From contig JBEGVH010000009.1 in NCBI GenBank assembly GCA_041178425.1, positions 192,001-256,000 on the forward strand: DNA of 64,000 bases. The letters are read 5' to 3'. This DNA comes from Pseudomonadota bacterium. GTDB taxonomy: Bacteria; Bdellovibrionota; Bdellovibrionia; Bdellovibrionales; Bdellovibrionaceae. Position numbers and translations under genes: made by a program. Under the pieces are notes generated by a model. It did no database searches. It was not told the DNA's origin and worked only from the letters and a program-made list of their open reading frames with translations. Below, piece after piece: positions 19,720 through 31,180 of the stretch (the first letter of the stretch is position 1; each line of letters opens with the position of its first letter).

Positions 19720-20799
19720 ATGTCACAAAAACTACTCGATTTAGTAAAACCCGGTGTTGCAACAGGAGATGATGTTCAAAAGATTTTTTCATTTTGCAAA
19801 AAAAATAAATGCGCTCTCCCTGCCGTCAATGTGATTAGCACAGACTCTGTGAATGCTGTTCTTGAATCGGCAGCAAAAGCCAAAGCTCCGGTTATTGTTC
19901 AATTCTCAAATGGTGGAGCTCAGTTTTTCGCAGGCAAAGGTCTCAAGCTCGAAGGTCAAAAGGCTCCTATTTTGGGCGCGGTTGCGGGAGCGCAGTACCT
20001 TCACACGGTAGCAGAACATTACGGTGTACCGGTGATTGTTCATACCGATCACGCTGCAAAAAAATTATTACCCTGGATCGATGGCCTCCTCGAAATGGGA
20101 GAACAGCAATTTGAAAAAACCGGAAAGCCGCTTTTCAGCTCTCACATGTTAGATCTATCTGAGGAGAGCCTCGAAGAAAACATTGAAACTTGCGCCAAAT
20201 ACCTCAAGCGCATGTCTAAAATGGGAATGACACTCGAAATCGAGCTAGGTTGTACCGGCGGAGAAGAGGATGGTGTCGATAATACCGGCCTCGAGAATTC
20301 CGCCCTCTACACTCAACCAGAAGATGTGGCTTACGCGTATAAGGTGTTAAGCGCGATTAGCCCCCGCTTTACTATTGCGGCCTCATTCGGAAATGTTCAC
20401 GGTGTCTATGCACCAGGAAACGTAAAACTCACACCAAAGATTTTAGAGAATTCTCAACAATTTTTATCGCAAAAGTTTGGCGTGGCCAATAATAGCCTCG
20501 ATTTTGTTTTTCACGGAGGTTCTGGTTCGAGCGCTGAGGAAATCAAAGAGTCGATCAGCTACGGCGTGGTAAAAATGAATATTGACACCGACACCCAATG
20601 GGCAACGTGGAATGGTGTGCGCGAGTATTACATTAAAAACCAAGGTTACCTACAAGGACAAATTGGCAATCCTGAGGGCGCCGACAAACCAAATAAAAAA
20701 TACTATGATCCGAGAGTATGGATACGTGCCGGACAAGCCAGCATGATTGACCGCCTAGAGCAGGCCTTCAAAGATTTAAACTCAACCAATTCGCTTTAG
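19720..20799 (+). CDS. fbaA: Class II fructose-bisphosphate aldolase
   Basis: HTDH, GGEEDG, GNVHG, FHGGSG, KMNIDTD, NKKYYDPR. Confidence 0.97.
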   Translation: MSQKLLDLVKPGVATGDDVQKIFSFCKKNKCALPAVNVISTDSVNAVLESAAKAKAPVIVQFSNGGAQFFAGKGLKLEGQKAPILGAVAGAQYLHTVAEHYGVPVIVHTDHAAKKLLPWIDGLLEMGEQQFEKTGKPLFSSHMLDLSEESLEENIETCAKYLKRMSKMGMTLEIELGCTGGEEDGVDNTGLENSALYTQPEDVAYAYKVLSAISPRFTIAASFGNVHGVYAPGNVKLTPKILENSQQFLSQKFGVANNSLDFVFHGGSGSSAEEIKESISYGVVKMNIDTDTQWATWNGVREYYIKNQGYLQGQIGNPEGADKPNKKYYDPRVWIRAGQASMIDRLEQAFKDLNSTNSL

Positions 20800-20820
20800 A
20801 ATTTTTTAGAATTATAAATA

Positions 20821-20850
20821 AAAAAGGGCCGATTCCAATGGCCCTTTTTT
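20821..20850. terminator. Bidirectional intrinsic terminator
   Basis: AAAAAGGGCC-loop-GGCCCTTTTTT between convergent genes. Confidence 0.85.
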
Positions 20851-21505
20851 ATATTTGGGCCGCCTCAATTATTTTTAAGTCAGTCTCGGAAGTCATCGCT
20901 TCTTCCACCATCCTAAAGGCCAGTCGATCAATGTTAGTGGCCATTTTTTTTCTTAAGGTCAGAGGAACAAGATTTTCAATTTTTCGCATCAACCGAATGG
21001 ATTGATGCTCGAGAAATCGATACTCCGACCGATCCCCAATCAGTAATGACGGGCGAAAAATACAAGTACCAGGAATTCCAAGATGAATAACTCCGTTTTC
21101 TGCTTCACCTTTAACTCGGCTGTAGAAAATAAGTGAATCCGTCGCTGCCCCGACGGCCGAAACCATAATAAATTTCTTTGCCCCAAACGTTTTTGCCACT
21201 TTGGCAACATTAATTACACCGTCAAAGTCGATCTTTCTGAAAGCTTCCCGAGATCCAGCTTTTTTAATGGTAGTTCCTAAACAACAAAAATAAATATGTC
21301 CAGAAAAACGCTGATCTTCAGACTGAATCTCATCCACCGACGAAATGAGAATTTGTTCGATTCTTGGATCAGACACTGCGATTTCTCTTCGCGTGATTAA
21401 CTTTACCTTAGAAAACACATCTCTCGATAGAATTTCTCTTGTTAGAGCCATTCCCGTTAATCCGGTTGCACCTGCGACAACGGCGGTTTTTGCACTCATT
21501 TCCAT
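20849..21505 (-). CDS. NAD(P)H-binding oxidoreductase (YraR/TIP30-like atypical SDR)
   Basis: GATGLTG, FCCLGTTIKKAGS, YSRVKG, RPSLLIG. Confidence 0.88.
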   Translation of the reverse strand: MEMSAKTAVVAGATGLTGMALTREILSRDVFSKVKLITRREIAVSDPRIEQILISSVDEIQSEDQRFSGHIYFCCLGTTIKKAGSREAFRKIDFDGVINVAKVAKTFGAKKFIMVSAVGAATDSLIFYSRVKGEAENGVIHLGIPGTCIFRPSLLIGDRSEYRFLEHQSIRLMRKIENLVPLTLRKKMATNIDRLAFRMVEEAMTSETDLKIIEAAQI

Positions 21506-21526
21506 CAAACGAACTCCCTCACCATT

Positions 21527-22183
21527 TTAATTGACCTCTTTAGGGTAAACTGCTTTTGAAATTTCGTACACCCCTTTTGCAGAGCTGAATTTGATTGAAA
21601 CCCAATGTTCTAATTGTTTCTTATTTTTAGTTATTTCGTAGATTTTTCCTAACAATGAAGGGCAATCGGCTTCGGCAATTCCGCTCTCAATCCCCATCAC
21701 TGATGGGATCGGTTCAACGACCAAAGATATAGCTCTGTGCTGATCATCAAAAATGTAAAATTCGGTCCAAAATTCATCTTTCCTTAAGGCCGTGGGATTT
21801 GAATTACCTCTTGAGATTTTCGACCGGCCAGTGACTTCAGTTCTCTTATAGTGAAAGAGAAAAAGATCGCGCCCTTGGCATTTAACGTTGGTGTGCAAAA
21901 GCATAAACTGGCTAAGTTGCGATTTTTGTTTATTTTCTTTTTGCTCCACTGATCTTTTTAATTCTTCAAACTCAGATCCGTTATTCAAGCGTATTACGGA
22001 AATCGGTAGATACGCCGGAGTGCTCTCTTGAGAGATTGTGCGAGCAGCAAGCTCGGTTTCTACGGCTCGTGCCGATTGAAAGAGAAGGGCGCTCGAAAAG
22101 GGGGGAGCCTTTGCCACAAGGTATAGCCCTAACAAAAATGAACAGAGTCCTAAAAATTGAATGATGCCTGAGTATCTCAACAT
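21527..22183 (-). CDS. Hypothetical membrane-anchored protein
   Basis: N-terminal TM segment; co-oriented with neighbours. Confidence 0.65.
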   Translation of the reverse strand: MLRYSGIIQFLGLCSFLLGLYLVAKAPPFSSALLFQSARAVETELAARTISQESTPAYLPISVIRLNNGSEFEELKRSVEQKENKQKSQLSQFMLLHTNVKCQGRDLFLFHYKRTEVTGRSKISRGNSNPTALRKDEFWTEFYIFDDQHRAISLVVEPIPSVMGIESGIAEADCPSLLGKIYEITKNKKQLEHWVSIKFSSAKGVYEISKAVYPKEVN

Positions 22184-22295
22184 GGTTTACGTTCCGATTC
22201 TGATTTAAACTTGTTATTGAATGAAGCCAGACATACAAAAATTCAGTAACAAATTCGCCTTAATTTTTATCAAGGTCAGAGATCGGGAAGCCGTT

Positions 22296-22329
22296 AAAAA
22301 AAACGGGCAGAATTTTTTACTCTGCCCGC
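22296..22329 (-). terminator. Intrinsic terminator after fadA
   Basis: CGGGCAGA...TCTGCCCG stem followed by T8 on the minus strand. Confidence 0.8.
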
Positions 22330-22351
22330 TTCACCATTTTGGAACTAACAA

Positions 22352-23551
<1,200 letters not shown>

Positions 23552-25768
23552 TTAAGCACCATAAACATCTGTGTAAAAACCTTTACCCGCCGATGCGAGT
23601 TGCTGCATTTGAGCTGTAGGCTCATAGAGCTTGCCAAGATTTTTATACTTCTCACAAAGAGTAATAAGATTTTTCAAACCGACGCTATCTGCATACTTTA
23701 GGGCGCCTCCTCGGAAAGGAGGAAAGCCGAGCCCATAGATCAAACCAAGATCGACTTCTATTGGCGAATCGACGATTTTTTCTTCGAGGCAGCGCGAACA
23801 CTCGATAATCATTGGCAACATCATCCGCTCAATAATTTCTTCGTCGGTTACCGTTTTGCTCTCAGTCATGATAGGCTTCAAAATCCCAACAACTTCAGGA
23901 TCGAGCTCTTTTTTGGGAGCCCCCTTCTTGTCGGCAACATACTTATAGAAACCAACACCATTTTTTTGTCCAAAGCGCTTGCCCTCGTACATAACCGCAA
24001 TGGCTGTTTTAAATGTAGCCTTCATTCTGTCGGGGAATGCTTCTGCTAGTACGGCATCTGCATGGTGAGCTGTATCTATTCCAACCACATCCAGAAGATA
24101 CGCTGGTCCCATTGGCCATCCAAATTTCTCCATTAATTTATCAACACGAGTAAACTCAACCCCGTCGCGTAACAGCGCCATAAAGCCAGCAAAATAAGGA
24201 AACAACACTCTGTTAACTAAGAAGCCTGGGCAGTCATTCACGACAATAGCTGTTTTTCCCATCGACGTCGCATAGGCCACAGTTGTTGCAATAGCTTTCT
24301 CACTTGATTTCTTACCACGAATGACTTCAACCAACGGCATTCGATGAACTGGATTGAAAAAGTGCATCCCACAAAAGTTCTCGGGTCTTTTTAAACCTTC
24401 AGCCAATTTGTTGATGGAAATTGTTGAGGTATTACTGGTGATAATAGCCTCTGGCTTGACGTTATTTTCGGTTTCTGTCAGCACGGCTTTTTTAATATTT
24501 TCATTTTCTACAACAGCCTCAACCACGAGATCAACATTTTTAAAATCCGCGTAGTTTAGAGTTCCTTGAATTCTTGTAAGCGTAGCTCCCATTTCAAGAG
24601 CTGACATCTTTCCACGTGAAACTTGTTTATCTAATAGCTTAGTGGCTTCGTTGTATCCAAGCTCGAGAGCTTTGGTATTAATGTCTTTCATGATGATCGG
24701 AATCTTTTTGGAAGCCGATTGGTAAGCGACCCCGCCTCCCATGATGCCGGCCCCTAAGACGGCCGTTTGATTGACTGGATTTGCTACTTTTGAAAGTTTC
24801 TTAGCCACTTTCTTTACGTACTGATCAGCTAGAAAAATACCTACCAGGCTCGAAGCCGCTGGTGTTTGAGTGACTTCCGCAAATCGTTCTGCTTCAATCT
24901 TGAGGGCGTCCTCTCTACCCAGCATGGCCCCTTTCTGCATTACTTCGATCGCAGCAACTGGCGCTGGATAATTGGGCCCCGCTTTTCCAAGCACAAATGC
25001 CTTGGCTCCTTCAAAAACCATCACCGACTCGATAGCATTTAATTTAAGTGGCGCCTTCTTTTCTGCCTGACGCGATTGCCAGGCAATTTTTCCGGTCATT
25101 GCTTGATGAAGAACCTCAAGTGCAGATTCTCGAAGATTTTCTGGCGCAACTACTGAATCAACAACACCTGTTTTTAAAGCTGTTTCAGCGTCATACTGTT
25201 CACCACCAGCAATCCATTCGATGGCATTATCAGCACCCACCATACGCGAAAGTCTTACCGTTCCACCCCAACCTGGAAAAATTCCCAATTTAGTTTCTGG
25301 AAGACCAATTTTTGCATTCGTCGTCATCACCCTGTAACTCGCTGCGAGTGTAAACTCACAACCTCCACCTAAGCAAATTCCATTAATGGCCATGACAGAA
25401 GGAATCGGAAGATCTTCAATATCCGAAAAAATCTTGTCTGTATCAAGGAGCCACTGAGTTAATTCAGCCTTAGTTTTTTTAAAATGAGTGAGAAATTCGG
25501 TGATATCAGCGCCGACTACGAAGACATCTTTTCCACTCGACGCAAGCAAACCCTTAATTTTTTTAGCACCAAGATCATTTTGAATTTTCGTAACGACCTC
25601 GCGTAGTTCCTTCAGAGTCACCGCATTGAACTTGTTAACGGAATCACTCTTTAGATCTAACCGAATCTCTGCGATTTGACCGTCTGCGATTTCATTGGCT
25701 GAATGTAGAATATATTGTACAGCCTGCCCTTCGAACATAGGAACAGACTTAGTGATCGTCAATGCCAT
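23552..25768 (-). CDS. fadB: Fatty acid oxidation complex alpha subunit
   Basis: Enoyl-CoA hydratase GGGCE/LPETKLG plus HAD GAGIMGGG, HFFNP, PGFLVNR. Confidence 0.96.
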   Translation of the reverse strand: MALTITKSVPMFEGQAVQYILHSANEIADGQIAEIRLDLKSDSVNKFNAVTLKELREVVTKIQNDLGAKKIKGLLASSGKDVFVVGADITEFLTHFKKTKAELTQWLLDTDKIFSDIEDLPIPSVMAINGICLGGGCEFTLAASYRVMTTNAKIGLPETKLGIFPGWGGTVRLSRMVGADNAIEWIAGGEQYDAETALKTGVVDSVVAPENLRESALEVLHQAMTGKIAWQSRQAEKKAPLKLNAIESVMVFEGAKAFVLGKAGPNYPAPVAAIEVMQKGAMLGREDALKIEAERFAEVTQTPAASSLVGIFLADQYVKKVAKKLSKVANPVNQTAVLGAGIMGGGVAYQSASKKIPIIMKDINTKALELGYNEATKLLDKQVSRGKMSALEMGATLTRIQGTLNYADFKNVDLVVEAVVENENIKKAVLTETENNVKPEAIITSNTSTISINKLAEGLKRPENFCGMHFFNPVHRMPLVEVIRGKKSSEKAIATTVAYATSMGKTAIVVNDCPGFLVNRVLFPYFAGFMALLRDGVEFTRVDKLMEKFGWPMGPAYLLDVVGIDTAHHADAVLAEAFPDRMKATFKTAIAVMYEGKRFGQKNGVGFYKYVADKKGAPKKELDPEVVGILKPIMTESKTVTDEEIIERMMLPMIIECSRCLEEKIVDSPIEVDLGLIYGLGFPPFRGGALKYADSVGLKNLITLCEKYKNLGKLYEPTAQMQQLASAGKGFYTDVYGA

Positions 25769-25935
25769 ATAAAACTCCCTGTTTTGAGTCTCTATGGTAA
25801 TGCGTAGGTCTTCGGGGAGCTAGGCCGTATTTTTCGTGAAACGCAAGGCGTAAACAATTAGACTTTAGATGAGCATCATCGTATTTGGTAGAGTTTCATT
25901 GAAAAACATCCAGTTGCTCAACTTAGGTTGAGCCC

Positions 25936-25966
25936 AAAAAAAGCGCCTCTTTGAGAGACGCTTTTT
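25936..25966. terminator. Intrinsic terminator after the L,D-transpeptidase gene
   Basis: AAAAAAAGCGCCTCT-TTG-AGAGACGCTTTTT. Confidence 0.8.
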
Positions 25967-25993
25967 AATTTTCTTTAATTTTTATGTCTTTAA

Positions 25994-26788
25994 TTAATTC
26001 ACGATAATGACAGTGCTGTAACCATTGGTGTATCGACCCGTCGACTTTCCAGCCTGATATTTAGGAACGATATCGGTGCCAACTTGGCCAATCAGATGAT
26101 ATAGGCGCTGAGCACGCTTTGATTCTAATCGAACACAACCATGAGAAGCTTTTTGCTTTCCAAGTCGAGAAATGGCTCGCGGCATTTCAAATTCGTTAAA
26201 CGAATGAATTGCAATTCCCCCGTTAAAGAAAATCGTCCAATACATATCGACCAACTCATATTTACTAGACATATGAACCGGCGAGAAGGAATTCACATTA
26301 AAAGTTCCAGAGGGGGTTTCAAAACCAGGTCGTCCAGTTGATGTTTTAAAGTAAAATAGGAGGCCTGTTTTTTTAATCGAAGGCAATGCTCCTTCTCGTG
26401 CAAATACGAGGATTCGTTGGCCAGGACCATATTTAGAACTACGATTCTTATTGATAACCACAGCAATTTTAAAATCGCGATACTTAGGAAGATCTAAAGG
26501 ATTTAACAAATTCACATCTTCGAGTTCTTCTTGACTAGGATCTTCGTAGCCAGCAAAGGAGCGTTCCGGCAACTCCCAATTCACCACATCAAAGTCAAAG
26601 TCAGCACACTTTTGATTGGCATAACTGGTACGAGGGGCAGTCCGACGAACCACCGACTCACAAAGCCCGCCCATATATTCTTTAGCTTGAAGACGATCTC
26701 TAAACGTCATGCCATAATCTTGGTAATCGGCCTGAGCAAACACGGTAAATGCGAGGGTGATGATTGTTATTGCTGATTGTAGTTTCAT
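25994..26788 (-). CDS. L,D-transpeptidase (YkuD family), secreted
   Basis: STG...TPSG, GIAIH...SHGCVRL; signal peptide; RBS AAGGAG. Confidence 0.9.
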   Translation of the reverse strand: MKLQSAITIITLAFTVFAQADYQDYGMTFRDRLQAKEYMGGLCESVVRRTAPRTSYANQKCADFDFDVVNWELPERSFAGYEDPSQEELEDVNLLNPLDLPKYRDFKIAVVINKNRSSKYGPGQRILVFAREGALPSIKKTGLLFYFKTSTGRPGFETPSGTFNVNSFSPVHMSSKYELVDMYWTIFFNGGIAIHSFNEFEMPRAISRLGKQKASHGCVRLESKRAQRLYHLIGQVGTDIVPKYQAGKSTGRYTNGYSTVIIVN

Positions 26789-27136
26789 CGGAACTCCTTG
26801 GATAGTTGGTGTCCCTAAGAGCAAATAGCATTCCAAATAAACAGTTTTAGTATAGATATCGAGACCTCTGTTATTCTCAATAGTTACGCTCGCAACCCAG
26901 AGCTATAAATTGGCGGCGCCCCTATGAAGACGCCTTAATTGGGAATTGAGCCTGAATAATTTACCACTCTTTCAATGGTAAGCACTCGAAAGGCTTATGT
27001 TTCTTTTTGTCAATGCTTCACCTTGGGACCCACCCTTGGTGAACGCCACAAAAACCTTTACAATAAAGGATGAGCGGACGATTTGGAAATTTAATTTTAA
27101 TTTTTGGTGACTCAAGAAGGGACACACAAAGGCTTT

Positions 27137-28090
27137 ATGATTAGGATAAACATCGTCACTATCGCCATCCTGCTCCTGGTTACCGGAGCGACTTTAGATT
27201 TTCATCAAGTCGCTATAGATCGTCCACTTTTTGGAACTCTCAGAAAGAGCGAAAAGGTTAAATCGATCTTAGAGCAACTAAGTTATCATCGGCGACAGAA
27301 TCTCATTGCCCAACTCGATGGAGATATGGGTGATACCCTGCAGAGGACGGGCTCCTATTATACCTTATTGAGTTATCTCGGGGTCGAAAAAGATGACCTC
27401 GAAAGGCCATTGAGACAAGGTTTTGAAAATGACCTTAAAGAACTGATGGTCGAACCAGGCTACTATCGACGTTCAAACGACTTGAAGCACTGGAGCGGCG
27501 ATCCACAAAATTGTAGCAGAGACCAAATGATCTCTCTTCAAACTGCCATCGTAACCACTAGGGACATTAATCGTGGAAGAGAGATTTTTATGGCTTTTGC
27601 CAAACGAGGGTTCTTCAACCAGAATATCCGTCATAACGATACTCTCCCTGGAGACGCCAAGTACGCCTGGAAAATTCCCGATCCACCATCTCCCATGCAA
27701 TTGTCTCTGATGTTGCGAGGTCTAGGAACTTGGACCGTATACCCCATGGTTTTTGTATTAGATACGGCACTGATGTTCGACGTGACTGTTTTTAGAAGAC
27801 TCAACTCAAGAGAACTTTGGGATTCGGATATTAAAAATCTTCCCATCTTGATAGCGGCGAATTCTTATTTGCCAACCCCCTGGTCTGCTATTGCCATTGA
27901 GTTGTATATCGAACAACACCGCGACATCGAACGACGAGTTAACTATTACAATGACCCCTCCAACAATGGCATTCCGCCCCTAGCAAAAATCTATTCTCTT
28001 GCCATAGAAGAACTTGCCCAACCAAACACGATAGAACCACACTCAGAGCTTGCTCATGATCGGCGCCCGGCGAGCCACCCCTTTGAATAA
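27137..28090 (+). CDS. Hypothetical exported protein
   Basis: N-terminal hydrophobic segment; DGDMGDTLQRTG and SRDQ motifs. Confidence 0.75.
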   Translation: MIRINIVTIAILLLVTGATLDFHQVAIDRPLFGTLRKSEKVKSILEQLSYHRRQNLIAQLDGDMGDTLQRTGSYYTLLSYLGVEKDDLERPLRQGFENDLKELMVEPGYYRRSNDLKHWSGDPQNCSRDQMISLQTAIVTTRDINRGREIFMAFAKRGFFNQNIRHNDTLPGDAKYAWKIPDPPSPMQLSLMLRGLGTWTVYPMVFVLDTALMFDVTVFRRLNSRELWDSDIKNLPILIAANSYLPTPWSAIAIELYIEQHRDIERRVNYYNDPSNNGIPPLAKIYSLAIEELAQPNTIEPHSELAHDRRPASHPFE

Positions 28091-28327
28091 ATCCAGTCCA
28101 TCGAAGTTCGTGACGGGAGTCTGCCGTTTAAACTTCTGTGTCTACCAAATTTTGTCAGAATTCTTTTTGCAAACTGCTTGTCTCATTTTCGATCTATGAA
28201 AAAGAAATAAACTACTTTTCATTTTTTGATTTTTTCAATCATCTCAAATTGAAACAGTTTATTAGGCACTCTGTTTGCTCCTGTCTTTTCCTGACAACGC
28301 CGCTCCGGCAAAACAAGAAGGGGTCGA

Positions 28328-30358
28328 ATGGACTTTTCACATCTGTCAAAAATTAAATGGTCACTGTTTTCATCTCAACTAACATACGTAGCCCTTGGCC
28401 TCGTCTTACTGAATAGCTTTAATGTGCAAGCGGGGACTTTCAAAAGAGTTCCTAAACCTATTAATGGTCAATACATAGTGATTTACAATGGCAGCTCGAT
28501 TGGAGACAACGGTAGCGATCTTGATGACAAAGTCTCCAAAGTGCAAATGAATTACGGAGCTCGCATTGGAACCCGTTGGAAGAAACATATCAGAGGATTT
28601 GTTGCAAAGATGTCTGAGAAAGATGCGCAACGATTAGCAACTCAATCTGACGTAGCCATTGTAGAACAAGACAGTATCGTGTATGCCAACACGACTCAAA
28701 ATGGCGCTCCCTGGGGACTTGATAGGATTGATCAAAAAAGTAGACCTCTCGACGGGCAATTCAGCTTTCAAACCACAGGCGCGGGGACAACCGCCTATGT
28801 GATCGACACCGGCATTCGCTCAACCCACCTTGAATTTTCGGGCCGAGTAAAATCTGGATATAGTGCCATTGACGATGGCTATGGAACCGAAGACTGCAAT
28901 GGCCATGGTACACACGTGGCCGGAATCCTCGGTGGAACAACCTACGGAGTTGCAAAAGACGTGACCTTAGTTCCGGTGAGAGTGCTTGATTGTAATGGCA
29001 GTGGTTCTGTCTCTGGTGTAATTTCTGGGATTGAGTGGGTTACAAGTAAACAAAAACAGTTTGGTGGTGCTGCCGTTGCTAATCTCAGCTTAGGCGGTTC
29101 TGCTTCTTACGCACTTGACACCGCCGTCCAAAATTCTGTTGCGGCCGGAGTCACGCTTGTAGTCGCTGCTGGAAACGACGGGGCCGATGCTTGCCTCTTC
29201 TCACCTTCAAGAGTGACCTCAGCGATCACAGTGGGCGCAACAAACTCAAGCGACGCACGAGAAGCGTACTCAAACTACGGATCCTGCATTGACATTTTTG
29301 CTCCTGGTGAAGCGATAACATCGGCTTTCAACACAAGCAATACCTCAACCGCCATCTACAGTGGAACTTCAATGGCGGTTCCACACGTTGCTGGCGCGGC
29401 GGCACTTTACCTCGGGCTCAACCCTGGTGCTACTCCAAGTCAAGTGGTCAATGCCCTTACTGCCAATGCTACAACCAATATAGTTAGTCTTGCTGGAACG
29501 GAATCTCCCAATCGATTACTCTTTTCGGGTTTTATCGGAGCGAATCAGCCGACGATCGACACCATTGCGCCAACCATCAACCTGACCAGTCCCACCGCGG
29601 GAGCCTCTCTTCAAGGAACCGTCACACTACTTGCTTCGGCCCAAGATGAGGCTGGTGGTAGTGGCATGGCTAAGGTTGAATTCTTTGTCGACGGCGTCAG
29701 CGTTGGCACTGTGACAACGAGCCCTTTTCAAATGGCCTGGAATTCGATCAACGCTGCTAACGGAAGCCACAACTTCTTTGCGAAAGCTACAGACGTCGCA
29801 GGCAATCTCGCTACCTCGAGCACCATCAATGCCTTGGTCTCTAACCCAACAACAACTCCAACGCCCGTCCCCGCGTGTTCAACCACAAGTCAGATTCTTG
29901 TTAATCCTGGTTTCGAGAGCGGCTCTCGATCCGGATGGCTTGCCTCCTCTGGAGTGATCACGAGCAGCTCTTCTGCACCGGCTAATTCGGGAATTTGGAA
30001 GGCTTGGCTCAATGGTTATGGAAAGTCTTCAATCAATGCCATCTCTCAAAAAGTCACGATCCCTGCCAACGCCTGCTCTGTGATCTTGAGCTATTGGTTA
30101 CGAGTTGTAACAGCAGAGCCCACCAGCGGGGGCGCGAAGGATACTCTCGTTGTATCTTTAAATTCGGCCAATGGCACCTACTTAAAGACTGTGGCTAATT
30201 ACTCAAACCTCAATGCCTCATCGACTTACCAAATGATGCGAGTCGATCTTTCGGCCTACAAAGGGCAAACCATCCAAATTCAGTTCACGGGCATTGAAAA
30301 TTCATCGAAATCGACCAGCTTCTTAGTGGATGACACCGCACTCACAATAAGTAAATAA
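28328..30358 (+). CDS. Secreted S8 subtilase (aqualysin/proteinase K-like) with I9 prodomain, Ig-like and C-terminal jelly-roll domains
   Basis: VIDTG, HGTH, AAGN, GTSMA; DTIAPT...VEFFVDG Ig domain; NPGFESG C-terminal domain. Confidence 0.93.
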   Translation: MDFSHLSKIKWSLFSSQLTYVALGLVLLNSFNVQAGTFKRVPKPINGQYIVIYNGSSIGDNGSDLDDKVSKVQMNYGARIGTRWKKHIRGFVAKMSEKDAQRLATQSDVAIVEQDSIVYANTTQNGAPWGLDRIDQKSRPLDGQFSFQTTGAGTTAYVIDTGIRSTHLEFSGRVKSGYSAIDDGYGTEDCNGHGTHVAGILGGTTYGVAKDVTLVPVRVLDCNGSGSVSGVISGIEWVTSKQKQFGGAAVANLSLGGSASYALDTAVQNSVAAGVTLVVAAGNDGADACLFSPSRVTSAITVGATNSSDAREAYSNYGSCIDIFAPGEAITSAFNTSNTSTAIYSGTSMAVPHVAGAAALYLGLNPGATPSQVVNALTANATTNIVSLAGTESPNRLLFSGFIGANQPTIDTIAPTINLTSPTAGASLQGTVTLLASAQDEAGGSGMAKVEFFVDGVSVGTVTTSPFQMAWNSINAANGSHNFFAKATDVAGNLATSSTINALVSNPTTTPTPVPACSTTSQILVNPGFESGSRSGWLASSGVITSSSSAPANSGIWKAWLNGYGKSSINAISQKVTIPANACSVILSYWLRVVTAEPTSGGAKDTLVVSLNSANGTYLKTVANYSNLNASSTYQMMRVDLSAYKGQTIQIQFTGIENSSKSTSFLVDDTALTISK

Positions 30359-30379
30359 GCTCACTTTATTTACATCATC

Positions 30380-30422
30380 AAAACAAAGGGTCTGCACAAC
30401 AAGAGCAGACACTTTGTTTTTG
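30380..30422 (+). terminator. Terminator after the S8 protease gene
   Basis: AAACAAAG-G-GTCTGC...GCAGAC-A-CTTTGTTTTT. Confidence 0.75.
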
Positions 30423-30495
30423 AACCTAAAAGCTCACCGACCTAGCTTAGGACGCCTATTTGACAAGGGTTTCAGGCATGCGATAAAATTACGTT

Positions 30496-31149
30496 ATGAG
30501 AAGGATGCTCACGTGTCTCAAGTTGATATGTCTTCTTGGAGCCACATTTTTTCAAAACCGATCACTTGCCATAAGTTCGAGGCTGAACATTCGGGAGACG
30601 ATCGATCAAGCGACAGTGAACGTGGTTGAAATCTATTCTTATGCTCAACACCCACTAACGAGCTCTAAATTAGATCGAGTCATACTTAACAACTGCCAGA
30701 ATTTATCCTACGGACCCGAACATGAGCAGCCAATGATAGGTTTTTCTTTGATGGCATTTCCCGCGGAACTCCTCGTTGACTATTTTCGGACACATCCTAA
30801 TATTTGCCCGTACTCAGCTCGCGAGGCTCTCGCCGTTATCGAAGCCAAGCTTGGTAAAAAAGTGGCTCTGAAAGTGGCCACAAATTATTTAACTTCTTTT
30901 AAAGATTTTCAAAACTACGCCTGGTTCGATGTTGTCTGGGACTTTATTCCTATGCTTCATCTTTATGATTCAACATGCACCCGCGCCCACTTGGCTGCTT
31001 TCACAAATATCTACTGCGGCTATGCTAAAACCGACGATCTCAATCATCTCATCAAACAATACTACAAAAAGTGTAAAAACCGGTTTGTTCAATGCGAGAA
31101 ACACAGAAGAAACTTATTTAATCAAACGGCAACTAATTTAGGAACTTGA
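30496..31149 (+). CDS. Hypothetical secreted Cys-containing protein
   Basis: Signal peptide; TTGACA-N18-TAAAAT promoter ending 6 nt upstream of ATG. Confidence 0.65.
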   Translation: MRRMLTCLKLICLLGATFFQNRSLAISSRLNIRETIDQATVNVVEIYSYAQHPLTSSKLDRVILNNCQNLSYGPEHEQPMIGFSLMAFPAELLVDYFRTHPNICPYSAREALAVIEAKLGKKVALKVATNYLTSFKDFQNYAWFDVVWDFIPMLHLYDSTCTRAHLAAFTNIYCGYAKTDDLNHLIKQYYKKCKNRFVQCEKHRRNLFNQTATNLGT

Positions 31150-31180
31150 CCCCTCCATTGCCTGGAGTTATGCCTTCGGT

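Noticed and set aside
25917..25934. GCTCAAC-TTAG-GTTGAGC hairpin as a repeat family
   Set aside because: Single copy next to a terminator; no further copies recognised
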